Shown piece by piece: positions 39,201-53,011 of a DNA stretch of 64,000 bases. Source of the stretch: Ginglymostoma cirratum (taxonomy: Eukaryota); contig JAHRHZ010000098.1 in NCBI GenBank assembly GCA_024137785.1, positions 34,469,228 through 34,533,227 of the forward strand, read 5' to 3'. The notes under the pieces were generated by a model. The model was not told the origin of the DNA. It worked only from the letters and a program-made list of their open reading frames with translations, and ran no database searches. Numbering within the stretch: position 1 is the first letter of the stretch; every line of letters begins with the position of its first letter. Both the position numbers and the translations under genes were made by a program.

Positions 39201-41702
39201 GCAGTGCACTATTTAAGCAGAGTAAGATCCCACAAGTAACTTTGTGACAATGATCAGAAAATTGTGTACATTAAGGCATTGGGTGAGAGATGATGTAATT
39301 ACCTCAGAGGCAAGTTAGCGAGGACACCACTCCAGCTCTCATCCCTCACACCACCTCGTTCCTGCCACCATGCACACTCCTTGGGTCCATCCATGTGCCT
39401 CATGCCCCTCGTATCCACTCCCACAGCCCTTCAGATGTAACGTGCCATCAACCATCACTCTTTAAATGGCTGGCCTGACTTCACAAAACTCTAGCCAGCT
39501 GGGGGTGTCTCTGCCTAACTACTCCAGTATCAAAATAAGTTGTAAATCTCACCTTGTAAAACCCTTGTTCATGTTAATACAACATTGATCAAGGACCAAA
39601 TGTGCCACTTTCCTCCTTCATACTCTTGTGTCCTCCTTAGCTTTCCCTTGTCTTTCACTATTTTCCACTTCCCTCTGTGTCTGTATCTGCTTGGGGCTAT
39701 GTGTTAATGTTTGTACTAATGAGACTTTGAATAATTCTCAGTGTGGGAATAGGGACTGGACAGGAACACCTTCAGATAAAGTGGAGACGACAATCTGCTT
39801 TCCAAGAGGCCTTGGTTATATACAAATGTAAATAGTCTACAGCGAACCTTGCTATTTTCTATGCCCAAGTCATTCAGAGCAAGAGGATTCAGTTCCAGAC
39901 TCAATTCATGTTAAAAAGGAGGAGAATGGTTCCAAAACTATCACCTAACTCGTTATTCTAACTCTTTATAATGGTGCAATGTTTGAATCACATCAATAAG
40001 AGAGAAACCAGTGGCTTCACGGAAATGCTGTAAGTGGACAATGCTAATAAGGTTGTTCCTAGTTCGAAACAAGATTTTCAACATTTTCACAAATCACTCA
40101 GAACTTGTAGAATATTGAGGGTGTTGCAAGGTTTCAGACCTAGATTTGTCCCAGTTTGCTTTTATCGTCACATTATTGAATTCTCGGTCTTTGAGCACAG
40201 GATCTCCATCTTTCACAAATGGGGACTGTATCCAAGCTGACGCAGGGTTACGCTTCAGTTCATGAGGTAGCCAAAGATGCTGGCCTGGTCTTCACCAAGT
40301 TTGGGATGGTTCAGGACCCCTTTAGAAATGACAAGCTGGTTCCTACTCCTGGGACTCCCAACCCAATTCCAGCAGTTTACAATTTTTATGAGTGCGTTTT
40401 AAAGGTGCACGCTTGTTCAGTTTGTTGGCCCGCACTCACTCCCAACCGAGGGATCAGCTTCTCTCAGTCACCCTCAATTTTAAGGAGTTAGTGCAACTTT
40501 TTAAAGAGCAAGCTTTAATGGCATGTGACATCTGGGGGACTTTGGGAGTTGTATAGGAGGGGCATGAGGCATGTATCTGGGGCCAAGCGGTGTGCATGGG
40601 GGTGGCGAGGTGATCTTGTTGGTGGGGGGAGAGGGGGTGAGAGCTGGAGGGCCTTTCTGTGAAACACACACCTATTGTGGCTGCTGAAAATCCCTTCCTG
40701 GTTTGACTGACCCATCTTGAGACTCCACCCAGTCCATGGCAATGAAAATCCTTGGCCTTGTGGGCCATTCTATTCCAAAGAAAGGCAGGCCAAGCTCACA
40801 ATGTTCCCAAATCACACTATCCATCTCGAAACCCTGGGCACAAACATCAGTCAACCACACTGCGCAGATCCATGCCTCTCACTCAACTGCCTTAGACCAG
40901 CAACGAGTATGACTTCCTCAAACATTACCTTTCTCTCGGACCACTTTCAGGTTTGCCAGAGTTTCACATCGTTGCCTTCACAGAAGGAATTAGACTTCAG
41001 CCTAAATATTCCGTGAAAAAGAAGACGCGGTGTTTCTCATTGTGCACTCACCAGAACAGAATCGCAAGAATGCCAAATCACACAGGGAACAGCCATTTAT
41101 GCTGGATGAGAAGTGGATGCTGTTTGATGGCAAGTGAGCTGTGATTGGTGGAAGTGTCGCCATGGCAAATGCACCGGAAGGCAGATAAGTCCCAAGCTCT
41201 TTGCACGTTCAATCATAGGCAGTCGACTGAGTTGCCATGGAGAGTGTACCAGGAAATGGGTGATCGCCAAGTTGTTGTTTAGATGAAAAAGGTGCAGAGT
41301 GCGGATGTGCCTGTCTGTTTGCAATGAACAAGACCCTATGTATGAATATATGTTGCTATGAATATATATCATGAATACACGTAAATTAGAGTTTAATAAG
41401 TGAATTGAGAAGCAGTGACAGCACAAAGTATTTAAAGGTATTCATCATATTTTTTGCTCCATGAGATCATCACAATCACTGCCCCTTTCAAAATGTCCAA
41501 AAAGCAACATTCACTCATTACTTTCACCCCTACCTCCTCTCCACTCTCTTAAATGTTTCACTGAAAAAGCAGTAACGACAGAGAGAAATGGCTGTGATGT
41601 TTCAATACTTTCATGGGGATGTGGGAATCATTGGCAAGATCAACAATAATTGTCCATCCCTAATAGTCCTCTGAAAGATGAGCCATCTCCCTAAACTGGT
41701 GC

Positions 41703-42039
41703 AGGGGAAGGTGATGGCCTAGTGGTATCATCACTCAATAATTAATCCAGAGAGCCGGGTAATATTCTGCGGACCGGGTTCAACTCACACATGGCAGATG
41801 GTGAAATTGGAATAAAAATCTGCTATTAAGAGTCTAATGATGACCACGAACTGATTGTTGGGGGAAAAACCCGTCTGGTTCATTAATGAAGGAAACTGCC
41901 ATCCTTGCCTGGTCTAGCCTACATGTGACTTCAAACCCACAGCGACATGGTTGACACTTAACTGCCCTCAATTACAGATGGGCAATAAATGCTAGCCTAG
42001 CAAGTGATGCCCTCGTTCTGTGAATGAATAAAAAAAAAA
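41703..42039 (+). mobile_element. SINE family 2
   Basis: tggcctagtgg A box, gggttcaac B-box-like, family body, gaatgaataaaaaaaaaa tail. Confidence 0.85.
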
Positions 42040-42049
42040 CTTCATCTGT

Positions 42050-42490
42050 TTTAGGTACGTGCACAGTCCTGCTAGGAAGAGATTTTGAACCCGAGATAGT
42101 GAACGAAGTTCCTCAGCCAGGATAGTTTATGTCTTGGAGGGGATGTTGACAGTGGTGGTTCCTATGAGCCTGTAAATGGTCGGAGTCAGAATCAGAGTTA
42201 GGAAGGTGATGTCAAAGGGAATGTTGATGCATCACTGCAGAGCGTCTTGTAGATGGTGTGTACTGTTGCGACAATGCATCAGTGGTGGAGGGAGGGCATG
42301 TAAAGTTGGTGGACGGGATGCTGATCAACCAGGCTGCTTTGTCTTGCTTGTATTGAACTTCTTGGGTATTGTTGCACTGCGTTGCAGAGAGTGCTTCATT
42401 GCATTTCTGACTCTCATGCTTTTCAGAAGCTCAGTGGGCTCTGGGGAGGCTGGAATGAATAACTCGCCGCAGAATTCCCAGTATCTGACA
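42050..42490 (-). mobile_element. LINE family 2 fragment
   Basis: Homologous to 30305-31085. Confidence 0.6.
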
Positions 42491-43519
42491 CCCTGACGTT
42501 GCTGAAGCCCGCAGAGAGTTACTTTGGGATATGTATGATTGCTGAAGCATGGCCAGCTAATCAATAGGATCAAAAGCTAGTTCAGCCTCTTTGCATTGTC
42601 ACATCTGAGGTGAGGTAGATTTAATTTTAGATTTTTTTATTCCTTTAAAAACAAAGAAGCTAGACCCCAGACTTAAAATCATTCCTTAGGTTACCCAGTC
42701 TGCATTTAATTAATATCTTGTCAGGCACCTCTTCTTCTCAAGGACAAGAACAAAATTAATTAAACCTGCAGAGTTGCCATGACATCTCTTTCCTGCTCTG
42801 AATGAAGGGTAAATTCTGATCAATGACAATTTCTTTGTGCTTTCTGCCCTTGTACCATCTGTAAAATACCATCTTTGTTCAGTAATTACAGTGTCGTGGG
42901 TTTGTTGGAGAAACATTCTTGAGAGTTTTAAGCAATTAGGGACAGACAGTAAATGCTAGCCGAGCCAGTAACATCCACATCCTGTGAATGAATTGATAAA
43001 ATGTTGTAGTGTTGCTTACCTAATGGTGATGAACTGATCAGAAGAGGTAAGCGTCCAGTATTTCTGTAATTTTCCCATCTTCTGGATGCGATGTTAAACC
43101 AGGGTCCATCTGCTCATCACTTTATTGTAAAAGATCCCATTTTTTGAAGTGTAGCAGAGCAATTCCCCTCAGTGTCCTGCACAATATTTACTCGCCACTG
43201 GACAGATGATCTCAATTATCATATTGCTGTTTGTAGTAGCTTGCTAAGGGGCTCTTGTGGTGCGGAGGTAGATCCCTACCCCTAGACAAGGAGGCTTGGG
43301 TTCAAGTCCCACCTGCTCCAGATGTAATAACATCTCTGAACAGGCTGGTTAGGAAAAATAGATTAATAAAAAAATGTACAGAGCTTGCTAGACATAAAGT
43401 GCCACCATCAATTACAAAAGTGACTGCACTTCAACTCCATTGGTTATAAGATATTTTGAGACATCCCAAGGTTATTAAAACAATTCTTGATAATTGCAAA
43501 TCTTTCTGGAATTCTTCTC

Positions 43520-43998
43520 ACATAGAACTACGGAACAGTATGAGAATAGGGACTTCAGTTATGAGGATGATTTTGAAACACTGGGCTGTTCTCTAGAAGG
43601 AAGAGAAGGCTGATAGAAAAAGTCTGATCAAAGTTTCCAAACCCATGCTGGATCTAGACAGGTCAGACAGGGAGAAACTGTTTCCACTGGAGGCAAGGCA
43701 GAAATCCGGGGAACACCCATTCAAGGTGATTGGCAAAGGAACCAAAAGTGAAATGAGCAGGAATGCTTTAATGGAGTGAATTGTCAGGATCTGGAATGCA
43801 CTGCCCGAGCATGTAGTGGAGGCATCTTCAATTGTGGCTTTCACAAGTGAATTGGATAATTTTCGAAAGAGAAAAAAATGTTGTAAGGCTACAGGGAAAA
43901 AACAGGGAAAGGGAGAACAAGGAGAGTTTCTTTACCAGAGAGCTGACACAGACATAGTGGGTCAACTGATTTCTTTCTGTGCTATAACCGTTCTATAA
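43520..43998 (+). mobile_element. CR1-type LINE 3' end
   Basis: LGCSL..LIKV..LDRSDREKLFPL..IWNALPEHVVEA motifs. Confidence 0.75.
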
Positions 43999-45278
43999 TT
44001 CTGTACAAGAGGTGAGAATAGAGGGAGGAAAGGTGTTTTTGTATGGTGCCTTACTGTCCTATCAATACTGCATGCCATCTTGTGCAATTCCTACGAGGGT
44101 GTGACAAAAGTTGGAGAATGTGGACAATCAGCCTTCAGAAAGAAAGTGCTCCAGCAGTGACTTTTTTTTAACGCTATTGAAGGGGAAATATTGAGCATGG
44201 CACCAGGAAGACTCCTATTCTGATTGAAGGAATGAATGATCTACTATCACATATATTTAAAAAAATTACTGTGAAAAGTGTGAATTGTCACCACGCTCTG
44301 GTGCCATTTTGAATTACAGAATGTACTGAAATTACTGAAAAAGAGTTCATCTTTTGTCCCCATCTGCGACTCTGCTTGACATTGGCTGGGGTCTCTCTAT
44401 AATGGACTCTGGGATTTCTGTACTGGCCTCCAGGCTCCGAGCCTACCAACACCGCCACCACTGCCCGATAGGAGCCATGCTCACAGATTACCTCTCCGGG
44501 CTCACCAACTCACCACTGTTGCCATGAGTCCCACTCCGGGCTCAACATTGTCACCTTCCTCCGCCATCTGTGCCAAAAATAAGAAGAGATGAAGATGAAA
44601 AAAAGAAAAGGTAGAGAAAGAAAAGGAGAAGAAGGATGCTGCCAGCCTGGTGAACAGGAAGGGAAGGGCTCAGGAGGCCAAATGCTCCCTACCGTGCTGC
44701 TTCCACCATCTTAGTATCAACCCTAGTGATAGATCTTCAGCCCTTTCTGAACCACCTGACTGGACTGAACATTGAGTGAACATCCCATTGGAAGGAGAGC
44801 ACCTCTGTGATTGGGCCAATCCCTCAGTAGCATGCTGGGATGTCAGACACAGTCAGGAGCTGGGATCACATCATAGCAGTTTCATCCACAGCTTTCTGAT
44901 TCATTAGCAAGGACATTACTGGCCAAGTCATGTTAATATGTCTGTTAACACAATAAAAAGGACATTGTGCCTCAGTTTCAAAGAAAAAGGGGGAGAAGAA
45001 AAGCCTCTTTTTAAACAGGGATTCATGAAGATTTGGAACTTGCAAAGGGTGAATAATATTTAGACATTTAGTTGTATTGTTGAAAACAGAAACATTTTGC
45101 TCAAGCATTGCATTTTGCAATCATCAAGACATCACAGGAATTACCCAAGGGAAAAACAGCATTTACACTATATGAGAGCAGAGTACTGATTCTGATTGGT
45201 AGAGATGTCACCATGGAGAATGGACCACTTAATGCTGACCGACAGTTAACTGCTGAGCTTAGTTTAAATTTTAAATGA

Positions 45279-45380
45279 TGTGGAAATGCCGGTGTTGTCA
45301 GATGACAAAGGAGCAGCGTTCCGAAAGCTTGTGATTTCAAATAAACCTGTAAATAATCTGGTGTCATGTAACTTCTGACC
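45279..45380 (+). mobile_element. Family C hammerhead-type element with TSD
   Basis: aTGACaA-A-GGAGCagcGTTCC-GAAAGCTT-gtga; TSD aaatttta(a/g)atga at 45266-45278 / 45381-45393. Confidence 0.8.
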
Positions 45381-45818
45381 AAATTTTAGATGAGGCAGGT
45401 TGAGTCTAACTGATCAAAGTGTTGCCCTGAGAAATGAACCGGAAAATGGCTTTTTTTTTTAGTCGAGACAGGAGCAACATACGTACATATTCCTTCTACC
45501 TGTAAAGAACACAGCTTTGTGTATCCATGAATGTAGCTTCCAATATACAGAAGTGCACCATATTGTGATCTTGACTGACAATCCTAAAACTGTTGTCAGG
45601 ATCATTCTCAGCATATTCAGGATTAGGCAGCAAATGTTGTTCCGTTGGGAATTACAGCTAATGTTGGCCACTGAGTGTTGTGAGTTCTGTAAGCCCACGA
45701 TCAGCACTTAGCTTGTTACAAACAGCCAAAGGGATATTCTGTTTGATGTTATCCACCAGTGTCTGGGATGTACAACCTATATAGCTGGCATCACACTGGC
45801 ATTGAAACTCATATACCA

Positions 45819-45935
45819 TAGGATCCTGACCTGAAACGTCAACTTTCCTGCTCCTCTGATGCTGCCTGGCCTGCGGTGTTCATCCGGCTCCACACTGTGT
45901 TATCTCTGACTCCAGCATCAGCAGTTCTTACCACT
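45819..45935 (+). mobile_element. Family A element
   Basis: gacctgaaacgtcaactttcctgctcctctgatgctgcctggcc..ttatctctgactccagcatc. Confidence 0.85.
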
Positions 45936-47853
45936 GTATCACTCATATGTGTGACAGACGGAATGCCTTTTGGCTTGATAGCAGCATTCTGTTAGCGGTG
46001 AAAACCACTTTCGTTGCTACTGCAAGAAACTAGAACCATGAAACAGTTCTGTTGCTCACATCTGTTGCTCAAGTGTTTCGGATACTTCAACCTTCCACAG
46101 TAATCTGAGGTCAACTGGCACCAAAAATAACAGCCGTCACACCCTTCATGAGCTTGCGCAGTATCCAGTGAATAATGATCTGATCCGGGTAGCCACTATT
46201 CCGCAGGGTGGTTTGATGAACCGTATTTGAGCATCAAGCTTGCACAGTGAACAAATGGTTCAAACCCCATTTATGAGGTTACTCATAAGACCAACCTCAT
46301 AGCATCTGGAACTGTAAGAATCCCAATTAAGTATCCTGACCAGTGAATGATAGAGCAAATGGGGTCCCAGGTGAATGTCTCATCAGACAGTGCAGTACTC
46401 CCTCAATACTGGAGTAAAGAGACATGGCCTTTGTCCAATGTTCAAGTGGAGCTTTAAACCACAACAGAGATGAAAGAGGCTGTGAACAGATTTATGAGGA
46501 GCGTAAACATCAGATTAGGGTCATATGATCTCCTCTCACTTCTTACATTCTGCATAAGAATTGGTTTGTGTTAGCTATCTGAAATTCATTACTACAAAGA
46601 GCTGTTAAGGCTATGTCATTAAGTATATTCAATGCTGAAGTAGACAGATTTTTCATCAATAAGGAACTCTGGGGGAAAAGGCAAAATCTCATGGAATGGC
46701 AGAGCAGATTCAATGGGCCAATTGTCCTGCTTCTGCCCCTACATCTTATGTTCATCCTAACCTGTAAACTGCTTGAAAAATCTCCTGAACTCCAGCCAAA
46801 TCACTGGCCAGGGACTGATCTGAAAAATGAACCAATTCACAGCTGTGAGCACCAATCAGATCAGTAACAATCCTGAACCACTCTGACTGTCCAAGAACCA
46901 GCTCCTCAAACAATGCAAAGATTTTTAACCATCCTATTGCTTGGCTATCATCCAAAGGTGAGCCACAGAAATCTGGAATGAGTGATAAACTTGCTTGTTG
47001 GCCAAAACATCAGGGTGCAGTCATCTGTTTGTGCAGCACAGTAGCTCAAAAGACATGTGATTGCTCCTCACTGAATTGCTCAGCAAAGTACTGACCATCA
47101 CGACCTCTGACCCTGACGCCAAAGGGGACAAAGTGGGCATTCGTAACTCAAGAGAACTATTCGCATCTGCCCATTGCACCATCGGCCTGTGGTTGTCAGT
47201 TAGACATTATGGCAACCCATCTGCTTTAGATAAAAACAGTTCAGAGTAGAAAGGAATGAGTAACAACAGAGAAACCTCAGTGAAATGGGGAGGAGTATGG
47301 TGCATACTGAATCAGCTCCAATAATGGCCAGCTTTTAAATCATATCCAGCTTGCTCTATGTAAATTCAAATCACTAAAATATAACAGTGCACATGTCTGT
47401 CGTTCTGGTATGAGTTTCCTAATGGGGGTATTTGGGACAATTTCTCAATGAAAATGTAACTTTGACCCTTAATCTGCTTTAAAGAAAGTTATACTTCCTT
47501 GTTTGAACAATATAAAAAGCAGTATCTCAAGCAGGAAATTCACCATTGTCCCACTTTCTCATTCAAGAGAGAGAGAGAAGTGGTGGTGGTTTAACCTGTG
47601 GGTTACCATGCTTCAGGCAAGAGGTAAGCTTGAGAAGGCAGGACCTTCATAGTGACCTTCACCAGTAGAAGAGGTGAGCACATATTATAGGTATCATTCT
47701 TGCATTAAATACCAGCCATCCAGCCAACTGAGCTAGCTGACTCAAGCACTATCTGTTTTAAACAAACCCTAATTTGCTGAGATGGGGACACCATAATAAT
47801 ACTGATTAATGAGGAACAGTTGTGGTTCTGAAACCTGACTGAACCAAAATGAA

Positions 47854-48423
47854 TCAGAGATAAAAGGTACTGCAGATGCTGGAGAATCCGAGATAACAAG
47901 CATGGGGCTGGATGAACACGGCAGGTCAAGCAGCATCATAGGAGCNNNNNNNNNNNNNNNNNNNNNNNNNNNNNNNNNNNNNNNNNNNNNNNNNNNNNNN
48001 NNNNNNNNNNNNNNNNNNNNNNNNNNNNNNNNNNNNNNNNNNNNNNNNNNNNNNNNNNNNNNNNNNNNNNNNNNNNNNNNNNNNNNNNNNNNNNNNNNNN
48101 NNNNNNNNNNNNNNNNNNNNNNNNNNNNNNNNNNNNNNNNNNNNNNNNNNNNNNNNNNNNNNNNNNNNNNNNNNNNNNNNNNNNNNNNNNNNNNNNNNNN
48201 NNNNNNNNNNNNNNNNNNNNNNNNNNNNNNNNNNNNNNNNNNNNNNNNNNNNNNNNNNNNNNNNNNNNNNNNNNNNNNNNNNNNNNNNNNNNNNNNNNNN
48301 NNNNNNNNNNNNNNNNNNNNNNNNNNNNNNNNNNNNNNNNNNNNNCGGGTCTAGGCCCGAAACGTCAAGTTTTCCTGCTCCTACGATGCTGCTTGACCTG
48401 CTGTGTTCATCCAGCCCCATGCT
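47854..48423. mobile_element. Young family A inverted-repeat element spanning the assembly gap
   Basis: Inverted arms on both sides of the Ns; exact TSD tgaaccaaaatgaa at 47840-47853 / 48424-48437. Confidence 0.85.
47946..48345. other. Assembly gap (400 N)
   Basis: Read directly from the sequence. Confidence 1.
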
Positions 48424-49179
48424 TGAACCAAAATGAAGACTGTTTAAGAAAGATATTTTGTTACTCTTTACCTCTCACGTTTGTGCATGCTTTATTTCTT
48501 CCAGCACTTCACCAAATAATTTCAGATAGTATCCCCTATTTACAATTGAAATAAATTGTGCTCCCTCCAGCATTCACTTTTGACCTGCAAGTCATGCAAT
48601 CAAAATTCAACTTCTGACAGGCTAGCAGCACATTGAAAGGCCAATTTTTCAGGCCTGTCAGAGTCCCTGTCACTGGATGAGATATTAAATTGAGACTCCT
48701 CCTTCCCTTTCAAATGGAAGATAAAGATCCTAATGCAGTATTCCAGGAGGAGCAGAGGAGTTCTGTCTGTCTCCTGATCAACATTTATCCTGCAATCAGT
48801 GTCATGAAAATCGGTTATTGTTTCACTGCCATTTGCAGGGCCAAGCTTATGGGCACAGGTTTCTTGTTATGCTTGCTGAAAATTCTTCAAAGGCATGTAC
48901 TGCACCAAACAAGAGCTAGTCTGCCTTTTTTTTTTGAGTCATCTGAGAGGTTGATATGCTTTTGGTAAAGTGGCCATATCAAGTCCTAAGACGTTTTCAA
49001 GTCTGCACTTGGAGACCTGAAGCAACCAATGTTTGGAATTGGGTTTGCTGAAAAATATCTTCAGTGGTCCTGATTTAGTTGGCTGTTGTCAAGGTTGCTT
49101 TGTAAAAGTGTATGTTTGTAGCTACCCCCACACTACTCCATAGTTTTCACTAACTCTGCATCGAAGACCAGAAAACTAC

Positions 49180-50045
49180 AAAACATAGGAGAAGAAATAG
49201 GCCATTCAGCCCATTGGATCTGTTCTGCCATTCAATGAGATCATGATTAATCTGATAATCCTCAACTTCACCTTCCTACATTTTCTTTATAACTCTTGAT
49301 TTCCTTGCTGATTAAAAATCTATCTGTCACAGCTTTGATTATACCTACTGATCCAGCCCCAACAGCCGTCTACAATAAAATAATCCGCAGATTCATTAGC
49401 ATCTAAGAGAGAATTTTCTCCTCACCTCTTTCAAATGTGTGACTCCGTATTCCATGGTTATGCCCATTGGTCCTAAACCATGCCACAAGGGGAAGCAACC
49501 TTTCCACATCTACCCTGTCAAGTTCCAAGTCCCCAAAGAATCTTGTATGTTTCAACAAGGTCACGTCTCATTCTTCTGAATTCTAATGACTACAGGCCGT
49601 AGATACTTAATCTCTCTTGATAAGACAATCCCTCCATACCTAATGTCGGCCTAGTAAATCTTCTCCGGACTGGCTCCAATGGCAGTATATCTTTCCTTCA
49701 ATAAGGAGACCAAAAAGATTCACAGTGTTCAGGCTGTGGTCTGACCAGTGCCTTGTATAGTTTCTGCAAAACCTCCACTTCTCTTATATTCCATTCCATT
49801 TGAAATAAAGTCCAGCATTCTATTTGCCTTTCCTAATACCAACAGAACTTGGGTACCAGATTTTTGTGATTCATGGACGATGTCTCCTAAATCCCTCTGT
49901 TCTGTAGATTTCTGCAGTCTTTCTCCATTTAAATAACATTCTGATCCTCTATTCCTGCCAAAGTGCATGACCTCACATTTTCTCACATTATATTCTATCT
50001 GCCAAGTTTCTGTTCACTTGCTTAACCTTATATGTCCTTCTGCAG
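49180..50045 (-). mobile_element. CR1-type LINE 3' region
   Basis: ORF KCEVMHFGRNRGSECYLNGERLQKSTEQRDLGDIVHESQK..KANRMLDFI. Confidence 0.9.
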
Positions 50046-50116
50046 GTGCTTTGTTCCTTCAAAGCTATTGATCACTCCCAACTTTCGGTTCTAGCAAAAG
50101 ATCATTAACCTGATAA

Positions 50117-50136
50117 CTCTCTCTCCTCTCTCTCTG

Positions 50137-50168
<32 letters not shown>
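50117..50168. repeat. Imperfect (CT)n microsatellite
   Basis: Read directly from the sequence. Confidence 0.9.
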
Positions 50169-50329
50169 ATTCTCAGAACAGTGCCTGAGCTACTGAGTGT
50201 TCTGCTTGTGTTTATTGTGTGGCTCTATGGTACTTACTAACAGAGAGAAGCTAAGGTTTATCAAATTGTAATGTACCACAATTTGGTGATGCATTAAATA
50301 GTTTCTGCCAAGTGCTACACAGGTCACAC

Positions 50330-50735
50330 AAAAAGCAGAACAGAAAATTACTGGGATATTCAGCAGGTCTGGCAGCATTTGTGGAGTGACACATTGAGTT
50401 AATATTTCAAGTTGTGATCACCGTTGATCAGAACTGAGGAAACATGGTACTTTATTTAGTAGGTAGAGTAGGAGAGAGGGGGCAGGAAGAACAACAACAG
50501 TCAGTCTGTGATTGTGTGCAGCAGGGAGAGATTAATTCACAATATTTGTCTTGGTTTAAAAGCCTAAGGAAGATTAAAGGGACAGGTAAGGGAACCAAAG
50601 ATATGACTAGACAATGTGTGAATGGTAGGTTAGCAGCCACCCAGATGCAACAAGAAGGAGTAGGAAAGACATAATAAAAAATAAATTAACAAAGAAAGAG
50701 GAAAATGGAGGCAGAGGTCATGATCTAAAACAAAT
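50330..50735 (-). mobile_element. Old family B pLTR with upstream Penelope 3' UTR
   Basis: tcagcaggtctggcagcat..gagttaatatttc..atcagaact, then a purine-rich stretch like 27790-28060. Confidence 0.6.
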
Positions 50736-50954
50736 TGCTTCTGTGACAAATAACCTATTCTAAAGACACAAGATTTAGGAGCAGAACCAGGCCATTCAGC
50801 CCATTGGATCTGCCCCTCCATTCAATGAAATAGTGGTTGATCTGGTAATCGTTAATTCCACTTTCTTGCTTTATCCCATAATCCTTGAATACCTTACTGA
50901 TCAAAAATCTACCTACCTCAGGCTTGAATATCATTAATGACCCAGCTGTAATTG

Positions 50955-51275
50955 GGGCAGCCTGGTGGTTCAGTGGTCAGCACTGCTGCCCTAAAGTGCC
51001 AGGGACCTGGCAATTCTAGCCTCGGGCAACTGTCTGTGTGGAGTTTGCACATTCTCCCTCTGTCTGTGTGGGTTTCTTCCCATGGTCCAAAGAGGTGCAG
51101 GTTAGGTGGATTGGACCATGGTAAATCACCCACAGTAGTTGTTTGGTGGATTAGCCACAGGGAAATGCAGGGTTAGAAGGATAGGATGGGGAGTGAATCT
51201 GGGTGGATTGCTCTTTAGAGAGTTGGTGTGGACTTGTTGGGCTGAGTGGCCTGTTTCCACACTAGGGATTCTATG
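50955..51275 (+). mobile_element. V-SINE / HE1-like SINE inserted in a CR1
   Basis: ggtggttcagtggtcagcactgctgcc..tgtgtggagtttgcacattctcc..gggattctat. Confidence 0.85.
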
Positions 51276-52779
51276 GGGCACTCTGCAGTAAGGGATTCAC
51301 TAGACTCTGAGAGGGGAAAAGAAAATTCCTCTTCATCCCTGTTTTAAAAGGGTGACTCCTTACAGTGAGATTTTGCCCCTTGTCCTAGACTGTCTCACCT
51401 GTTACATTGCGATCTTGTACTTAGGTTAAAATGACAAAACGTGAGATTTCTATTTTCAATCCCTTTAAGAGAAAGATTATTTTTCTTTTAGAAATTACAT
51501 ACATTTGAAATTTTTCTAGTATTATATTTCCGTGCACCCACCTCCCCATCTTTGGCCTCCCCTGCGGAAATATCTTCATGATTTTTAAGTCAGATGTGAG
51601 GCACATTACACAGTCTGTGCCAAACTATGTGAGCTATGTCCTGAGTATCGAGATGTTTGGAGATTTTCATATCAAAAGAGTTGAGGGAAGCATGCTCTTG
51701 TGACAGCAGTCCTTTTTTTATAAGGTGCGAAGGATCGCCGTAACTGTTTTTTAAGAGTGAGGTTGTTAGTTCATCGTTTTTAGATCTTTCACTATTTCTG
51801 ACTGGCACACAGTGATGAGATTTGTTGGGGGTAAGGGGTAACTTGAATTCTGAATCCACTTAAAAAGTGTCTGGATAAATTTGAATTAGGCATGAGAGCA
51901 TAACACATCACCATTTGGATGTTCTATGTTCGAAGGCTAATTGTTCCTGCTGGAAGACTGTCTAGTGATTGGCAAAAGAGGGACAGATTTGGGAATCTCC
52001 TCACTGTTCATTCAGTCTTTTGACAAAATAAAAACTAAGTGATGTTTAATTCGTGGTAGAATCCTTTAGTATTAAAGGAGGCCCTTTGGTCCATCCTGTT
52101 CATGCTAGCTTTCAGAAAGAGCTGTTGAGCTTGTCCCACTCGCTGCTCATCTGCTTAAAAATACATGTCTTTCAAATACACATTGAGAGTTGGGAAACCT
52201 CATAACCTTTAAAAAGTACGAGGATGACGACTTGAAATCTCATCGTGGGGAGATGATGGCCTTGGGGTATTATTGCTGAACTGTTAATCCTGAGACCCAG
52301 CTTATGTTCTTGGAAACCTGGGTTGAATCCCGCCATGGCATATGGTGGGTAGTGAATTCGATAAAATTCTGGAAATAAGAGTCCAATAATAACCATGAAA
52401 CTATTTAATGGTGACTGTGAATGTTTAATGGGAGGAATTGTGTCTGTTTTCCCGGAAGCAGTGGTGGATTAATTGATGGTGTGAGCCTGTTGTAAGGATG
52501 GATTTGGGGTTCCTGTTCAGTGATTTAGGAAAGTGTAATAATTTTTCAAAATAGCCAGTGTTATTAACTTTTCACATTTCTAGGGCTGTCATGCCAGAGT
52601 AAAACTCAGCTGCTGACAATTGAAAGAACCTTATTAATTCAATCAACTTTTCTTCAATTTGCTAAATTCCCAGCTGATTGAACATCATAGCATCCTGCTG
52701 GGGGAAGCTGGGGAAGGTGGGTGAGGTGGTGAGTTCTGATAGACTGTAACATTAAATCTTATCTGTTAGCAACGAGACC

Positions 52780-53005
52780 ATTGTGTCTGTATTAAGGGGC
52801 CAGGAGACATCAGTTCAAGCCCCACCTCCTTCAGAAGTGTGTAAGAACATCTCTGAACAGGTTGATTATAAAACATATCTGTATCAAAGATAAAAGGTTC
52901 TTCTGGTGCAGTTGTAATGTCCCTACCTCTGAGCCAGGAGGCCAAGGATCAAGCCCCACCTGCTGCAGAGGTGCATTTATCACATCCCTGAACAGGCTGA
53001 TTAGG
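52780..53005 (+). mobile_element. Tandem pair of ~110-bp tRNA-like short SINEs (third copy 43248-43360)
   Basis: ccaggag..tcaagccccacct..acatc(t/c)ctgaacagg repeated. Confidence 0.7.
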
Positions 53006-53011
53006 ATGGCA

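Noticed and set aside
40034-41016. Cluster of overlapping 60-104 aa ORFs
   Set aside because: No recognisable motif; partly G-rich low-complexity sequence, probably an old repeat I cannot classify.
47902-48420. 150/164-aa ORFs
   Set aside because: Artefacts of the N run.
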